Translations under genes and position numbers: made by a program
In this document: positions 9,446-19,887 of the stretch, piece after piece
How the letters are laid out: every line of letters begins with the position of its first letter
Numbering within the stretch: the stretch's first letter is position 1
IMG/VR virus record: IMGVR_UViG_3300021375_000006
Direction: 5' to 3' (one strand)
DNA length: 64,000 nucleotides
Origin: a virus
Lineage: Duplodnaviria > Caudoviricetes
Notes under the pieces: generated by a model
The model's input: only the letters and a program-made list of their open reading frames with translations
Database searches by the model: none
Told to the model about the DNA's origin: nothing

Positions 9446-12400
9446 TTATATTTCCCATTGTAATGACGCCGTATAACCAGAAGCTCCAGTTCCACCGCCA
9501 GTACATTCAATATAAACTGTTCTACCATCTAATACCGTTGCATTTGAAATGCCAGTAGTAATTGTTTTATGTAATGTGGCTGCAGGATGAGTCCATGTCG
9601 CATGTTCCGTTGGTGTATTTCCATTTGAATCAACTGATTTTAACTTAAATGTAGTTTCATCAGAGGCCGCGGCAGCTCCAAAAGATGTTTCAATCTTAAT
9701 TAATGAACTAGAGCCGAAGCTAGATGGTACGTACACAAAGTTTTGTGAAATATTTGCTGCAACAAATGCCTCTGTTCTAGCAATAGGGTTTAATGCTATA
9801 TGTTCATACTGGTATGCAGCTGCTCCTGCTGGTCCCGGAGGGCCTGGAGGGCCTGAAACTTCTGAATCAGCACCTGGAGGGCCTGGAGGGCCTGCAACTT
9901 CTGAAGGAGTACCTGGAGAACCAGATGTACCACTTGAACCACTTGTACCAGATGAACCTGAAGATCCACTTGTACCAGATGAACCAGTACCACCATCTAC
10001 ACCAGATAGACCATCATCACCAGCAACACCACTTGAACCACTTGAACCAGATGAACCACTTGAACCTGAAGATCCACTTGTACCTGAATTACCTGAAGAA
10101 CCTGAAGATCCACTTGAACCAGATGAACCAGATGAACCACTTGTACCTGAATTACCTGAAGAACCAGATGAACCACTTGAACCAGATGAACCTGAAGTTC
10201 CAGGAGCACCTTGTTGACCATCTACACCAGATAAACCTGAAGAACCAGATGAACCTGAAGAACCAGATGATCCGCTTGAACCTGAAGAACCAGATGAACC
10301 ACTTGTACCTGAATTACCTGAAGAACCTGAAGATCCACTTGAACCAGATGAACCAGATGAACCACTTGTACCTGAATTACCTGAAGAACCAGATGAGCCA
10401 CTTGAACCTGAAGATCCACTTGTACCAGGATCTCCTTGTGAGCCTTCTGGACCTTGTTGACCGTCTACACCAGATAAACCTGATGAACCACTAGAGCCAC
10501 TAGAACCTGAAGAACCAGATGAGCCACTTGAACCTGAAGAACCACTTGTACCTGAATCACCTGAAGAACCAGATGAACCAGATGAACCGCTTGAACCTGA
10601 TGAGCCACTTGTACCTGAACCACCGCTTGAACCTGAAGAACCTGATGAACCACTTGATCCACTTGTACCAGGATCTCCTTGTGGACCAACTCCACCATCT
10701 ACACCAGATAGACCGTCATCACCTGATGAACCAGATGAACCAGATGAACCACTTGTACCTGAATCACCAGATGAACCTGAAGAACCTGAAGTTCCAGATG
10801 AACCTGAAGTTCCAGATGAACCGCTTGTACCTGAATCACCAGATGAACCTGATGAACCTGAAGAACCAGAACTACCTGGTAAACCTTGTTGGCCATCTAC
10901 ACCAGATAGACCATCAGCACCGCTTGAGCCGCTTGAGCCGCTCGATCCACTTGAACCATCATTACCAGATGAACCAGATGAACCACTTGTACCTGGTAAA
11001 CCTTGTGGACCTTGAATTGAACCACCAGATACCCATTGAGTACCATCCCATATATGTAATGAGTCATCAGATTGATTTATATAAGCATCACCTTGCGTGT
11101 TACCATTTGGAGGTAATTGACCTACATTTTCAACTGAACCTTGCATTGTTATACCAGTACCTGTTGAACCAGGTGCGCCATCTTGACCAGATGAACCTGA
11201 AGAACCTGAAGAACCACTTGAACCATCTACACCATCTACACCAGATAAACCTGCTGCGCCTTCTTGGCCACTTGAACCTGAAGAACCTGAAGAACCATCA
11301 TTACCAGATGAACCTGAAGAACCAGATGTACCTGAAGAACCGCTTGAACCAGCAGAACCAGTAGGACCTTCCGGACCTTCTGGACCTTGTTGACCATCTA
11401 CACCAGATAGCCCATCGTTACCAGATGAACCGCTTGAGCCACTTGTACCACTTGAACCAGCAGAACCATCGTTACCACTTGAACCTGAAGAACCAGATGA
11501 ACCAGCAGAACCAGTAGGACCTTCCGGACCTTCTGGACCTTGTTGACCATCTACACCAGATAGCCCATCGTTACCAGATGAACCACTTGAACCTGAAGAA
11601 CCAGATGAACCACTTGTACCAGATGAACCGGCAGAACCAGCAGGACCTTCTGGACCTTCTGGACCTTGTTGACCATCTACACCAGATAGTCCATCGTTAC
11701 CAGATGAACCACTTGAACCTGAAGAACCATCGTTACCACTTGAACCTGAAGAACCAGATGTACCGCTTGAGCCTTCTGGACCTGTAGGACCTTCTGGACC
11801 TTGTTGACCATCTACACCAGATAAACCAGCTGCACCGTCTTGACCTGATGAACCTGAAGAACCTGAAGTTCCAGATGAACCAGCAGGACCAACATCTCCT
11901 TCTGGACCTTGTTGACCATCTACACCAGATAAACCATCGTTACCAGATGAACCACTTGAACCTGAAGAACCAGATGAACCACTTGTACCAGATGAACCGG
12001 CAGAACCAGCAGGACCTTCTGGACCTTCTGGACCTTGTTGACCATCTACACCAGATAGTCCATCGTTACCAGATGAACCTGAAGAACCTGAAGTTCCAGA
12101 TGAACCTGAAGTTCCAGATGAACCAACAGGACCTTCTGGGCCTTCTGGGCCTTGTTGACCATCTACACCAGATAAACCAGCTGCACCGTCTTGACCAGAT
12201 GAACCTGAAGAACCTGAAGTTCCAGATGAACCAGCAGGACCAGCATCTCCTTGTGGACCTTGTTGACCATCTACACCAGATAAACCGGCTGCGCCATCTT
12301 GGCCACTAGAACCTGAAGAACCAGATGTACCGCTTGAACCAGCATCTCCTTGTGGACCTTGTTGACCATCTACACCAGATAGGCCATTAGATGCTTGTAC

Positions 12401-13321
12401 TACAATTGTACCAGTCATTGGTTGATGAGCAGTACACTGATATGTATATGTTGGGTGAGCATCATGAGGTATATGCCATACCATCACAGCACCAGCCCCG
12501 TTGATAGGGTTAGCACCTGCTCTAATACCATCTTGTGGAGTTATAGGATTACCTTGTGGGTCTCTAATTTCTAATGGATGATTAGCATCTTCTCTTCTAA
12601 ATGTATACGTTTCACCTCTAGAAACATATATAGTAGGGTTTTGGTTAGCTGCTGCACCACCATGATAATCATCGTCGCTATCTACTTTATAGTATGTAGA
12701 TGTTGGAGCATAAAACTTAAATAGATTACCAGTATTAATAGGTGTACTAAATTCTCCACCTTCTGAATCTGTAATTGTTAATTGACCATCAGCTGGGTTA
12801 TATGAAACACCATCAATACTACTAAATGTTAATTCTACCCATGGATCATTAGCATCTGTAGCCGGAGGTGTATATTGTTCTGGTTCAAAAGTATTAAAAT
12901 CTATTTGATCGCTATAGATACCTGTTGAGTTAGGCTTTAAAAGACCTGCTTTTACCCATTCTGAAAGTCCTTGCCATTCAGTTTCACCTAAAGCCGGAGT
13001 ATTTTCATCGACTGGATTAGCAAAATAACCTTTTGGACAAAGAGTATAAAATTTATTATTCTCTAAAACATAGACTAACATACCGATAGCTCTTCTACCT
13101 GTAGTATATCCACCATCTCCTGATTCTGAGAAACCAGCATGTGTTAAGCTATTACCTTCTTGCCAAACAGGTATTGCATTTCTTTCAGCAATTGTAGTTA
13201 CACTCTGAAAACCACCCTTTAAGTAAATTGGGTGTAAAAGACCTTCCCAAGTCTGTAATGACGCGGTAGGACTTAAAAATCCTGGAAATTGTATGGCTGC
13301 TGATGGGTTTTGAATTGGCAT
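9446..13321 (-). CDS. Collagen-like (Gly-X-Y, Ser-rich) fibre protein with a cupredoxin-like domain
   Basis: About 850 aa of G-S-S/G-T-S triplets punctuated by GLSGVDGQQG units. HPLEI...YQCTAHQPMTG cupredoxin-like segment. Confidence 0.75.
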   Translation of the reverse strand: MPIQNPSAAIQFPGFLSPTASLQTWEGLLHPIYLKGGFQSVTTIAERNAIPVWQEGNSLTHAGFSESGDGGYTTGRRAIGMLVYVLENNKFYTLCPKGYFANPVDENTPALGETEWQGLSEWVKAGLLKPNSTGIYSDQIDFNTFEPEQYTPPATDANDPWVELTFSSIDGVSYNPADGQLTITDSEGGEFSTPINTGNLFKFYAPTSTYYKVDSDDDYHGGAAANQNPTIYVSRGETYTFRREDANHPLEIRDPQGNPITPQDGIRAGANPINGAGAVMVWHIPHDAHPTYTYQCTAHQPMTGTIVVQASNGLSGVDGQQGPQGDAGSSGTSGSSGSSGQDGAAGLSGVDGQQGPQGDAGPAGSSGTSGSSGSSGQDGAAGLSGVDGQQGPEGPEGPVGSSGTSGSSGTSGSSGSSGNDGLSGVDGQQGPEGPEGPAGSAGSSGTSGSSGSSGSSGSSGNDGLSGVDGQQGPEGDVGPAGSSGTSGSSGSSGQDGAAGLSGVDGQQGPEGPTGPEGSSGTSGSSGSSGNDGSSGSSGSSGNDGLSGVDGQQGPEGPEGPAGSAGSSGTSGSSGSSGSSGSSGNDGLSGVDGQQGPEGPEGPTGSAGSSGSSGSSGNDGSAGSSGTSGSSGSSGNDGLSGVDGQQGPEGPEGPTGSAGSSGSSGTSGSSGSSGNDGSSGSSGSSGQEGAAGLSGVDGVDGSSGSSGSSGSSGQDGAPGSTGTGITMQGSVENVGQLPPNGNTQGDAYINQSDDSLHIWDGTQWVSGGSIQGPQGLPGTSGSSGSSGNDGSSGSSGSSGSSGADGLSGVDGQQGLPGSSGSSGSSGSSGDSGTSGSSGTSGSSGTSGSSGSSGDSGTSGSSGSSGSSGDDGLSGVDGGVGPQGDPGTSGSSGSSGSSGSSGGSGTSGSSGSSGSSGSSGSSGDSGTSGSSGSSGSSGSSGSSGSSGSSGLSGVDGQQGPEGSQGDPGTSGSSGSSGSSGSSGNSGTSGSSGSSGSSGSSGSSGNSGTSGSSGSSGSSGSSGSSGSSGSSGLSGVDGQQGAPGTSGSSGSSGSSGSSGNSGTSGSSGSSGSSGSSGSSGNSGTSGSSGSSGSSGSSGSSGVAGDDGLSGVDGGTGSSGTSGSSGSSGTSGSSGTSGSPGTPSEVAGPPGPPGADSEVSGPPGPPGPAGAAAYQYEHIALNPIARTEAFVAANISQNFVYVPSSFGSSSLIKIETSFGAAAASDETTFKLKSVDSNGNTPTEHATWTHPAATLHKTITTGISNATVLDGRTVYIECTGGGTGASGYTASLQWEI
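9826..12388 (-). repeat. Coding low-complexity repeat (GSS/GTS triplets, about 15 GLSGVDG units)
   Basis: Visible 9-nt periodic GAACCAGAT/GAACCTGAA/GAACCACTT units on the + strand. Confidence 0.9.
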
Positions 13322-13339
13322 ATTATCTAATTATTTTGT

Positions 13340-15475
13340 TTAAGCATTTTTAAGATTTAAGTTAAGCGCATCTACGGAGGCTGTTAAACCTACATCATAT
13401 AACCAATAGTCTACTCCTGATATTTGGAAAGATATTCTACCTCCAAAAATAATATCTGCATTTGATGAATCAGGTAACTGGAATAAAGCTGTTGAGGTTG
13501 GATCTCCTGGGAATGATTGTGGAATTGCTATATAGTACCTATTTGCTCTTGCGTTTGGATCTGCATCAAATCCAATTGTACCATTAGGTATAGATGATTG
13601 TGTTAGAGTGTTACCTTGTGGTATATACTCTTCAATGACCGGCACATTATACTGTGTACCTTGGTTTGCAACCATATCAGCCCATATTAAATCAAAGTTT
13701 AAAGTGTATGTATTATCATTTAACCTCCAACCTTCAGCAGTAGGTGCAACTATTAAGTTACCACCGGTTGGATAACCAGCATTAGAACTCCAGTGTAACC
13801 AATGTATTTTTTCAGTTGGAGGCTCCGGAGCTAATGTTGTTGTCGTTGGAGCTGCAGTCGTTGTACTAGTTGTCGTTGTACTAGTTGTCGTTGTACTAGT
13901 TGTTGTAGTAGTTGTACCTGTTGCACTAACTTGGCAGTTTATTGTATTACCGGCGTCATAATATCCAGCAGGTATAATAACATCAACATCATAATTTTGA
14001 GCACCTAACTGGTATATGCTAGGTGTAATACTATCTACTATACCCTCATCTACAGTTGCTGTAACAGGATCACCGACCGCACCTGGTTGTATTGATACAT
14101 TAGCTTCGCTACATGTAAATTGTGGTTGTGTTGTAGTTGTTGTCGCCTGTGAAGTATCATTAATATTCACTCTAACATAATTTTGAGCTATTCCATAAAG
14201 TTCAAGTTCAGTTGTATAAGTATTATCAGTATAAAGTTTCATATCATACTGCTCAACTGGTTCTGTAGTATTATCTGCCTCAATTGTTACACTCCATAGA
14301 GCAGCTGTATTAGCATCTCCTATCGAACCTTGTGTTACTGTTGTAAAACTACCACTTGGGAATACACCTCCATTAAAATCTGCAGGTGATGCAGGTTGAC
14401 CACTTATTAAGATAGAATCAACTCTCCACCATATTTGTTGTCCAGCTGGTATAATATAATTATTAGTTCCAGCTAGTTGCCATTGATATGTTGTACCCTC
14501 ATCATTGGTAACCCAATTACCTATTCCATTATTTTCATTGTTTGGATTGCCATAAGGACCCCACATATATGCCGGAGCTATAGTTGTCGTCGTCGTTGTT
14601 GGCTCTGCAGTCGTTGTTGTAGTCGTTGGTTCAGCTGTAGTTGTTGTCGTTGTTGGTTCAGCTGTAGTTGTTGTCGTTGTTGGTTCAGCAGTCGTCGTAG
14701 TCGTTGCTGGAACTATAGATATTACTACGTTGTAAATACTATTAGGGTTTTGTTCGGCTGTAGTAACTTGCATAACATCACCATTATCAGTTGATATTAT
14801 ATTTGTACTAATTACACCAGAACCTGGAGTATAAGATTCTCCATTTACAGTCATTGTATAAGTATAACCTACTAAACCAGTATGTAAATATGCTACATTA
14901 TATAAAAATGCACCTGTCTGAGTACCTTGGACCTCCTCAAAAGTGACTTGGTTAGATGTTGGACTAGTATCTTCTCTAAAAGTAGATCCTGCTAGATTAC
15001 TTGTATAATTTGTTCTTAATGAATAAAGAACTGTAGTTGTTGTCGTTGTTGGTTCAGCTGTAGTTGTTGTAGTCGTTGGCGCTGCAGTTGTCGTTGTTGG
15101 AGCTGCAGTTGTCGTTGTTGGAGCTGCAGTCGTAGTCGTCGTATTTGGTAACGCTCCTGCTACTGGATTCCAAACAAATTGGCCATTAAAAAGCCCAGCT
15201 GCTTGAAATCTAGGCCAATCAGCATCTAAATTACTAATCTGTGTAAATTCAAGTCTAGAACCTAAATCAGATAGTGCTAGAGTAAGATCATTATTTGACC
15301 CACAAATTCTATAACCATTTAAAGTTTGTTTTTGGTACAGTAAATTATAGTCCATTTCATTATGTGTTAATGGTCTACCTAAATTATGTGGATTTAATGA
15401 GTTATATTCACCTGTTACATTATTAAAATGTAAGCCATGATCAAAACTGTAATCTTCTATTTTATCGAAATGCAT
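13340..15475 (-). CDS. Mucin-like Thr-rich virion fibre/adhesin
   Basis: N-terminal RPLTHNEMDYN fibre-like motif. Several PTTTTTTAE/AP tracts separate globular domains. Confidence 0.65.
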   Translation of the reverse strand: MHFDKIEDYSFDHGLHFNNVTGEYNSLNPHNLGRPLTHNEMDYNLLYQKQTLNGYRICGSNNDLTLALSDLGSRLEFTQISNLDADWPRFQAAGLFNGQFVWNPVAGALPNTTTTTAAPTTTTAAPTTTTAAPTTTTTTAEPTTTTTTVLYSLRTNYTSNLAGSTFREDTSPTSNQVTFEEVQGTQTGAFLYNVAYLHTGLVGYTYTMTVNGESYTPGSGVISTNIISTDNGDVMQVTTAEQNPNSIYNVVISIVPATTTTTAEPTTTTTTAEPTTTTTTAEPTTTTTTAEPTTTTTTIAPAYMWGPYGNPNNENNGIGNWVTNDEGTTYQWQLAGTNNYIIPAGQQIWWRVDSILISGQPASPADFNGGVFPSGSFTTVTQGSIGDANTAALWSVTIEADNTTEPVEQYDMKLYTDNTYTTELELYGIAQNYVRVNINDTSQATTTTTQPQFTCSEANVSIQPGAVGDPVTATVDEGIVDSITPSIYQLGAQNYDVDVIIPAGYYDAGNTINCQVSATGTTTTTTSTTTTSTTTTSTTTAAPTTTTLAPEPPTEKIHWLHWSSNAGYPTGGNLIVAPTAEGWRLNDNTYTLNFDLIWADMVANQGTQYNVPVIEEYIPQGNTLTQSSIPNGTIGFDADPNARANRYYIAIPQSFPGDPTSTALFQLPDSSNADIIFGGRISFQISGVDYWLYDVGLTASVDALNLNLKNA

Positions 15476-15509
15476 CTATTGTACCGTATTTTTATTATAT
15501 ATCTTTATA

Positions 15510-18203
15510 TTATGCTGGTGTAGTCATGTTTATTAACGCAGTTACATACCTTATTGCTGGAGGTTTTGCCACCTGTGTAGGTGCAGTCGCAAGATTATCT
15601 GTATTTATATAAGGGTCCCTGGATCCTGCCATGGATTGGTTGAAAGAATATTCTCCAGTGTTACTCATACCCCAATACCTACCTTGGGTGCTTGTATTAA
15701 AAGAAATCTGAGTAGCGCCATAGTCATTAGAATACCAACCATACGGAGTATATTGGCTATGAGCCATTAGATATTGACCTGTTTGATCTACTTCGACACC
15801 AGTATTAGCTCTTAGACTAGTTCTTGCAGTCCATGTTTGCCCATAATCTGAAGAATAATAACTAGGTTGCTGCCCGGTATTAACCGCGCCTATCAGATAA
15901 ACATATTGGCCATTTCCTGAAACACCTACTGTAAAGATTAGATCTTCAAGACCTATACTTTCTGAAGTAATATCTTGGAAGCTAGCACCATAATCAGCAC
16001 TTCTATATATTATATGGTCGTAGTATTTATTCGGGTCGTTGACAATTGACGTACCTGTTATATAAATGTATTTACCTCCAGAACTTGTTTTTGCTCCATG
16101 CACTAATTGCAAGTCTAATTGAGATAGAGAAAAACTAGCACCATAGTCGGTAGAAATCCAAACATCACCCATATTGTTCACCGACGGGTTTAATACCATA
16201 ACTCGCCCACTAGGTGATATAAAGATATATTCCCAGGTACCTTGTGGAACATCAGGTATTGGCTGCCAAGACACACCTTGATCATAAGTGATTACTGCGC
16301 TACCTCCATTAAATGCGGTAGCAATCATATAATGTAGATCATCAGAGGCTTTAATTATAGCATGACCGGAGCTTGGTAGATTACCAAAAGTCACTGGAGG
16401 GGTAACTGAATCTAAAGTAGAGTCTACCAGATCGAAATAAGGAGCTGTATCAATTTGAGCTATAAACCTAGCATCTCCTGATACTGGCACATAGCCATCA
16501 TCTGTTGGAGCTGCAGTTGTCGTAGTTGTCGTACTAGTCGTACTAGTCGTACTTGTTGAGGTTGTACTAGTCGTTGAAGTCGTACTAGTCGTACTTGTTG
16601 AGGTTGTACTAGTCGTTGTAGTCGTAGGTGCTAAAATTCTAAAATTGACTAAGAATCCTATAGGAGAGAATTCATCATTATCAAATGGGAATTCAGTATC
16701 ATATCCTGAACCGTTCCAACTATATGAACCTGGCATACCACTATAGGCAAATTCACTAGTGTCTTCTGCATTTGCACCTACTGTAAATTTATAGTAATTA
16801 GAAATAGTATCGTTATGGTCAGTTACAAAATAAGGACTGGCACCTACAACTTCATTACCAGCAGGACCATAAATACCACCTACATCCTCTAACCACTTTT
16901 GAGTTACATTAAATCCATTACCTACACCTGCGTTATTATTACATGGAGTACCACCATTAAGCCCTTGGAAATTATCTGTAGCCAGTCGGTATGAGTAAGC
17001 TGCTACACCGGCTTGCATTTGTAATTGAATTCTAGATGTAGTCAATGTAGGCTCAACATGCCAGTAATAAGTTTCACCCGCTTGTAGTGGATAATACCAA
17101 TACTGGTCATTTGACCCCCAACATGTTGGCTCAGTAGACTGATCTTCTAATACAGGATTAATTCTATTAGTTGCTGCTGCATCTGTCGATACTACCCAAT
17201 TAAAATGCTGAAGGGTTGGAGCTGCAGTTGTCGTACTAGTCGTACTAGTCGTACTTGTTGAGGTTGTACTAGTCGTTGTTGTAGTCGTTGGAGCTGCAGT
17301 TGTCGTCGTCGTTGTTGGCGCAGCTGTTGTCGTTGTCGTTGTTGGAGCTGCAGTTGTCGTCGTTGTTGTTGGCGCTGCAGTCGTTGTTGTAGTCGTTGTT
17401 GGCGCTGCAGTCGTTGTTGTAGTCGTTGGTTCAGCTGTAGTTGTTGTAGTCGTTGGTTCAGCTGTAGTTGTTGTCGTTGTTGGCGCTGCAGTCGTTGTTG
17501 TAGTCGTTGGTTCAGCTGTAGTTGTTGTCGTTGGAGCTACAGTTGTAGTCGTTGTAGTTGTGCTAGTAGTTGTAGTTGTACTTGGGTAATCTAAACCACC
17601 TAGATCCCATTTTGCTTTTGGAATTATTTGATTTTCGTAACAATCGTTAACATACAACTCTTCTTTTGTTAAACCTGGTAAACGTTTTGTCTTATTATAT
17701 AATTCTATTAACTCTAAATAGTAATTATTGTATTCTACGTCAATATATTCACATGGACTAACATATCTACCTTGATTTTGAATATATTCTGAGCATTCGT
17801 AGTTATTTTTAACGATATTTAGCCTAGATTGTTGTAAAAATACTGTAGATAATGCATCTTTACTAGTTTTATTTAGTAAATAACCCTCGGCAGACTCAAA
17901 TTCACCCCTTATATTGTTAATAAAAGAGATAAATCTACGATCTGGTAGCTCTACAGTAAATCCAAGTAGTTGCCAAACAGATTCATTACATGTACCACAT
18001 TGACAATCTATATAAAGTAGTTGAAAAGGAAACTCATTATTGATAAAATCGCGCAAAGCATCAATGGATTCGAAACGTCTTTGAGTTTTCGTACCATATT
18101 TTGCAGATTTATTGAATAAAATTTGGCTAATCTTACCCTCATTCAATTCAGTTTTCTGCAACGCACCGAATGCATTAGCTAAACTTATTCTATCAATTAA
18201 CAT
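15510..18203 (-). CDS. Mucin-like Thr-rich protein with a C-terminal BNR/Asp-box beta-propeller
   Basis: Long APTTTTTT tracts. Asp-boxes TYDQGVSW, STDYGASF, SADYGASF, SSDYGQTW, SNDYGAT. Confidence 0.7.
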   Translation of the reverse strand: MLIDRISLANAFGALQKTELNEGKISQILFNKSAKYGTKTQRRFESIDALRDFINNEFPFQLLYIDCQCGTCNESVWQLLGFTVELPDRRFISFINNIRGEFESAEGYLLNKTSKDALSTVFLQQSRLNIVKNNYECSEYIQNQGRYVSPCEYIDVEYNNYYLELIELYNKTKRLPGLTKEELYVNDCYENQIIPKAKWDLGGLDYPSTTTTTSTTTTTTTVAPTTTTTAEPTTTTTTAAPTTTTTTAEPTTTTTTAEPTTTTTTAAPTTTTTTTAAPTTTTTTAAPTTTTTTAAPTTTTTTAAPTTTTTTSTTSTSTTSTTSTTTAAPTLQHFNWVVSTDAAATNRINPVLEDQSTEPTCWGSNDQYWYYPLQAGETYYWHVEPTLTTSRIQLQMQAGVAAYSYRLATDNFQGLNGGTPCNNNAGVGNGFNVTQKWLEDVGGIYGPAGNEVVGASPYFVTDHNDTISNYYKFTVGANAEDTSEFAYSGMPGSYSWNGSGYDTEFPFDNDEFSPIGFLVNFRILAPTTTTTSTTSTSTTSTTSTTSTTSTSTTSTTSTTTTTTAAPTDDGYVPVSGDARFIAQIDTAPYFDLVDSTLDSVTPPVTFGNLPSSGHAIIKASDDLHYMIATAFNGGSAVITYDQGVSWQPIPDVPQGTWEYIFISPSGRVMVLNPSVNNMGDVWISTDYGASFSLSQLDLQLVHGAKTSSGGKYIYITGTSIVNDPNKYYDHIIYRSADYGASFQDITSESIGLEDLIFTVGVSGNGQYVYLIGAVNTGQQPSYYSSDYGQTWTARTSLRANTGVEVDQTGQYLMAHSQYTPYGWYSNDYGATQISFNTSTQGRYWGMSNTGEYSFNQSMAGSRDPYINTDNLATAPTQVAKPPAIRYVTALINMTTPA

Positions 18204-18602
18204 TTATTGCGCGTTTATTATTGATTCACCGATTAAGAATGTAATTACCCCTAATATAGCTGTAAATATTGCCCAGAATACTTTTAAGTAAGTACCTTTC
18301 CACTTGATTAGTTGTTGAACATCATTTTCTAGTTGATCTCTCTCGTACTGTAGCTTTTCATACTCCTCTCTAAACTCGGTATTCTTATTAGTATTAACAA
18401 TTACACCATCAAATGGATTAAGTAGACGCTTCTTTAGATCTTTTACGTCAGCCTTCATGTCTTTTTGATTTTCTAACATGTTTCTCATCTGACTATCCAA
18501 TGCAGCATAGTTCGGGTCCTCCATCTTCTGTTTTAGAGATGAAAAAGCCTGAATTAGGTCTTTTAGTATTTGTTCATTCGTTTTTTCTGTGTTGCTAGAC
18601 AT
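18204..18602 (-). CDS. Coiled-coil protein with a C-terminal transmembrane helix
   Basis: Heptad-rich N-terminus, then VFWAIFTAILGVITFLIG. Confidence 0.55.
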   Translation of the reverse strand: MSSNTEKTNEQILKDLIQAFSSLKQKMEDPNYAALDSQMRNMLENQKDMKADVKDLKKRLLNPFDGVIVNTNKNTEFREEYEKLQYERDQLENDVQQLIKWKGTYLKVFWAIFTAILGVITFLIGESIINAQ

Positions 18603-18605
18603 AGA

Positions 18606-19343
18606 TTATCGCTTGTTTTTTTGTCTTTCTATTTCCATCCACTTCTTACCAATCGGATTAGAGACTGGTTGCTTTAGGAATTTTCTAATCTCTTTCCCGA
18701 CTAGATCAATAGGTGTTGAGTCCCCATATTCAGAATTATCTACAATCTCAAAACGTTTCGCCTTGAATAGTCTCTGAAACTTACCTAGATTCTGTTGCAC
18801 CTCATCCCACATCTTAATTACCATATCTTTAGGTAATTTTCGCGGTCTAGCAGCATTTCTCTCTAGTGCAACTTCTAATGATGTATTAACGAAGATCATA
18901 TAACAATCATAGCCAAGACCTCTTAGTCTTTCAACCTGACCTTCAATCTTCTTATAGTTCTTACCAGTACCATCAATAATCATACCGAGTCTACCAGTAA
19001 TATACATCTCTTGAGTACCCTTGGTTAACTTCTTGGCTCTGTCTCTTAACTGCATGGCTTTATCCCATGAGTCTTCACTACCGTCTTTCATTGACATAAG
19101 GTTAGTCATATCAATACCTGCCTTCTTTAGTAATATCTCGAACGCGGCGTCAGAGTTGACCAGCTTAAGACCATTATCATAAGATACAGTACCAAAATCA
19201 TCAGTCTTAGGTAGGGCGAATAATTCTTTCGCGACGTAAGACTTGCCAGAACCAGGTCCTCCAGCCATAAAGAATGCCTTAAGTATACTAGGGTCATTAA
19301 CTCCTTCTTGTAAGAAGTTTTCAAATGTTTTAAAAATTTTCAT
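18606..19343 (-). CDS. Zeta-toxin-like/AAA_33 P-loop kinase with an N-terminal capsid-targeting-like peptide
   Basis: FMAGGPGSGKS and IIDGTG. N-terminus MKIFKTFENFLQE-G (ATG at 19343). Confidence 0.7.
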   Translation of the reverse strand: MKIFKTFENFLQEGVNDPSILKAFFMAGGPGSGKSYVAKELFALPKTDDFGTVSYDNGLKLVNSDAAFEILLKKAGIDMTNLMSMKDGSEDSWDKAMQLRDRAKKLTKGTQEMYITGRLGMIIDGTGKNYKKIEGQVERLRGLGYDCYMIFVNTSLEVALERNAARPRKLPKDMVIKMWDEVQQNLGKFQRLFKAKRFEIVDNSEYGDSTPIDLVGKEIRKFLKQPVSNPIGKKWMEIERQKNKR

Positions 19344-19384
19344 GTACAACGACTTTTTTACTACTATATTATATATCTAATTCA

Positions 19385-19405
19385 CCGGTCGTTTAATACG
19401 ACCGG
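19385..19405. other. Perfect 8-bp hairpin CCGGTCGT-TTAAT-ACGACCGG at the left edge of the GC-rich island
   Basis: Inverted repeat read directly from the sequence. Confidence 0.7.
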
Positions 19406-19887
19406 AGTGGTTAAAAAAGTGCCAGAAGGGGTCGCGCGCGGGGCAGATTGGGTTCCACCTTGCCTAGGGCGTTATTTTTGTCCACGAAGTGTTCAACGAA
19501 TCAGATTGATGATGACGCGTTACCTCACTGCAACTCCAGTGGCCAGCAGGTGCCTATGTGCTGCAGAGCCTCTGTTACAAGAAGTGCTGCTGTCCACATG
19601 CCGTTCCTCATCTGGATCCGCGTTACCTATCTGCAATTAGTGTCCTCACTGGTATTAAGTGCCCTATCTGCCTTAGGGGTTCGCTGGTCAGGCCAGGCCC
19701 TAAGCGGCCAGCTGGGGCCAGTTGTCTGGAAGGCCAACCTTACTGACAGAAATGAAAAACGCTCCGAATTTTTTTCCCAGTGACCTCAGAGGAATCTGAG
19801 GAATCGTCGCTGATCTCACCACCTAGTCTTGGAGTTCCTTTTAGAATGCGAAGTGCTCAAAGACTCGTGGTGCTGACATTTGCTCAC

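Noticed and set aside
9793-12309. Numerous ORF-track entries such as MNHLNLKN... (+) and MVVLVHLVQV... (-)
   Set aside because: They are alternative-frame or antisense shadows of the Gly-Ser-Ser repeat within 9446..13321, with no independent starts or domains.
9826-17600. CRISPR array or DNA-level tandem repeat element
   Set aside because: Units are multiples of 3 nt, degenerate at wobble positions and in frame within long ORFs. There is no constant repeat with unique spacers.
18606-19343. Zeta/epsilon toxin-antitoxin system
   Set aside because: No antitoxin-like partner. The protein carries the capsid-targeting-like leader, so only a P-loop kinase fold is supported.
19407-19783. Three overlapping short + strand ORFs in the GC island
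   Set aside because: They overlap each other, run opposite to all neighbours and have no recognisable motif. Expected by chance in GC-rich DNA.
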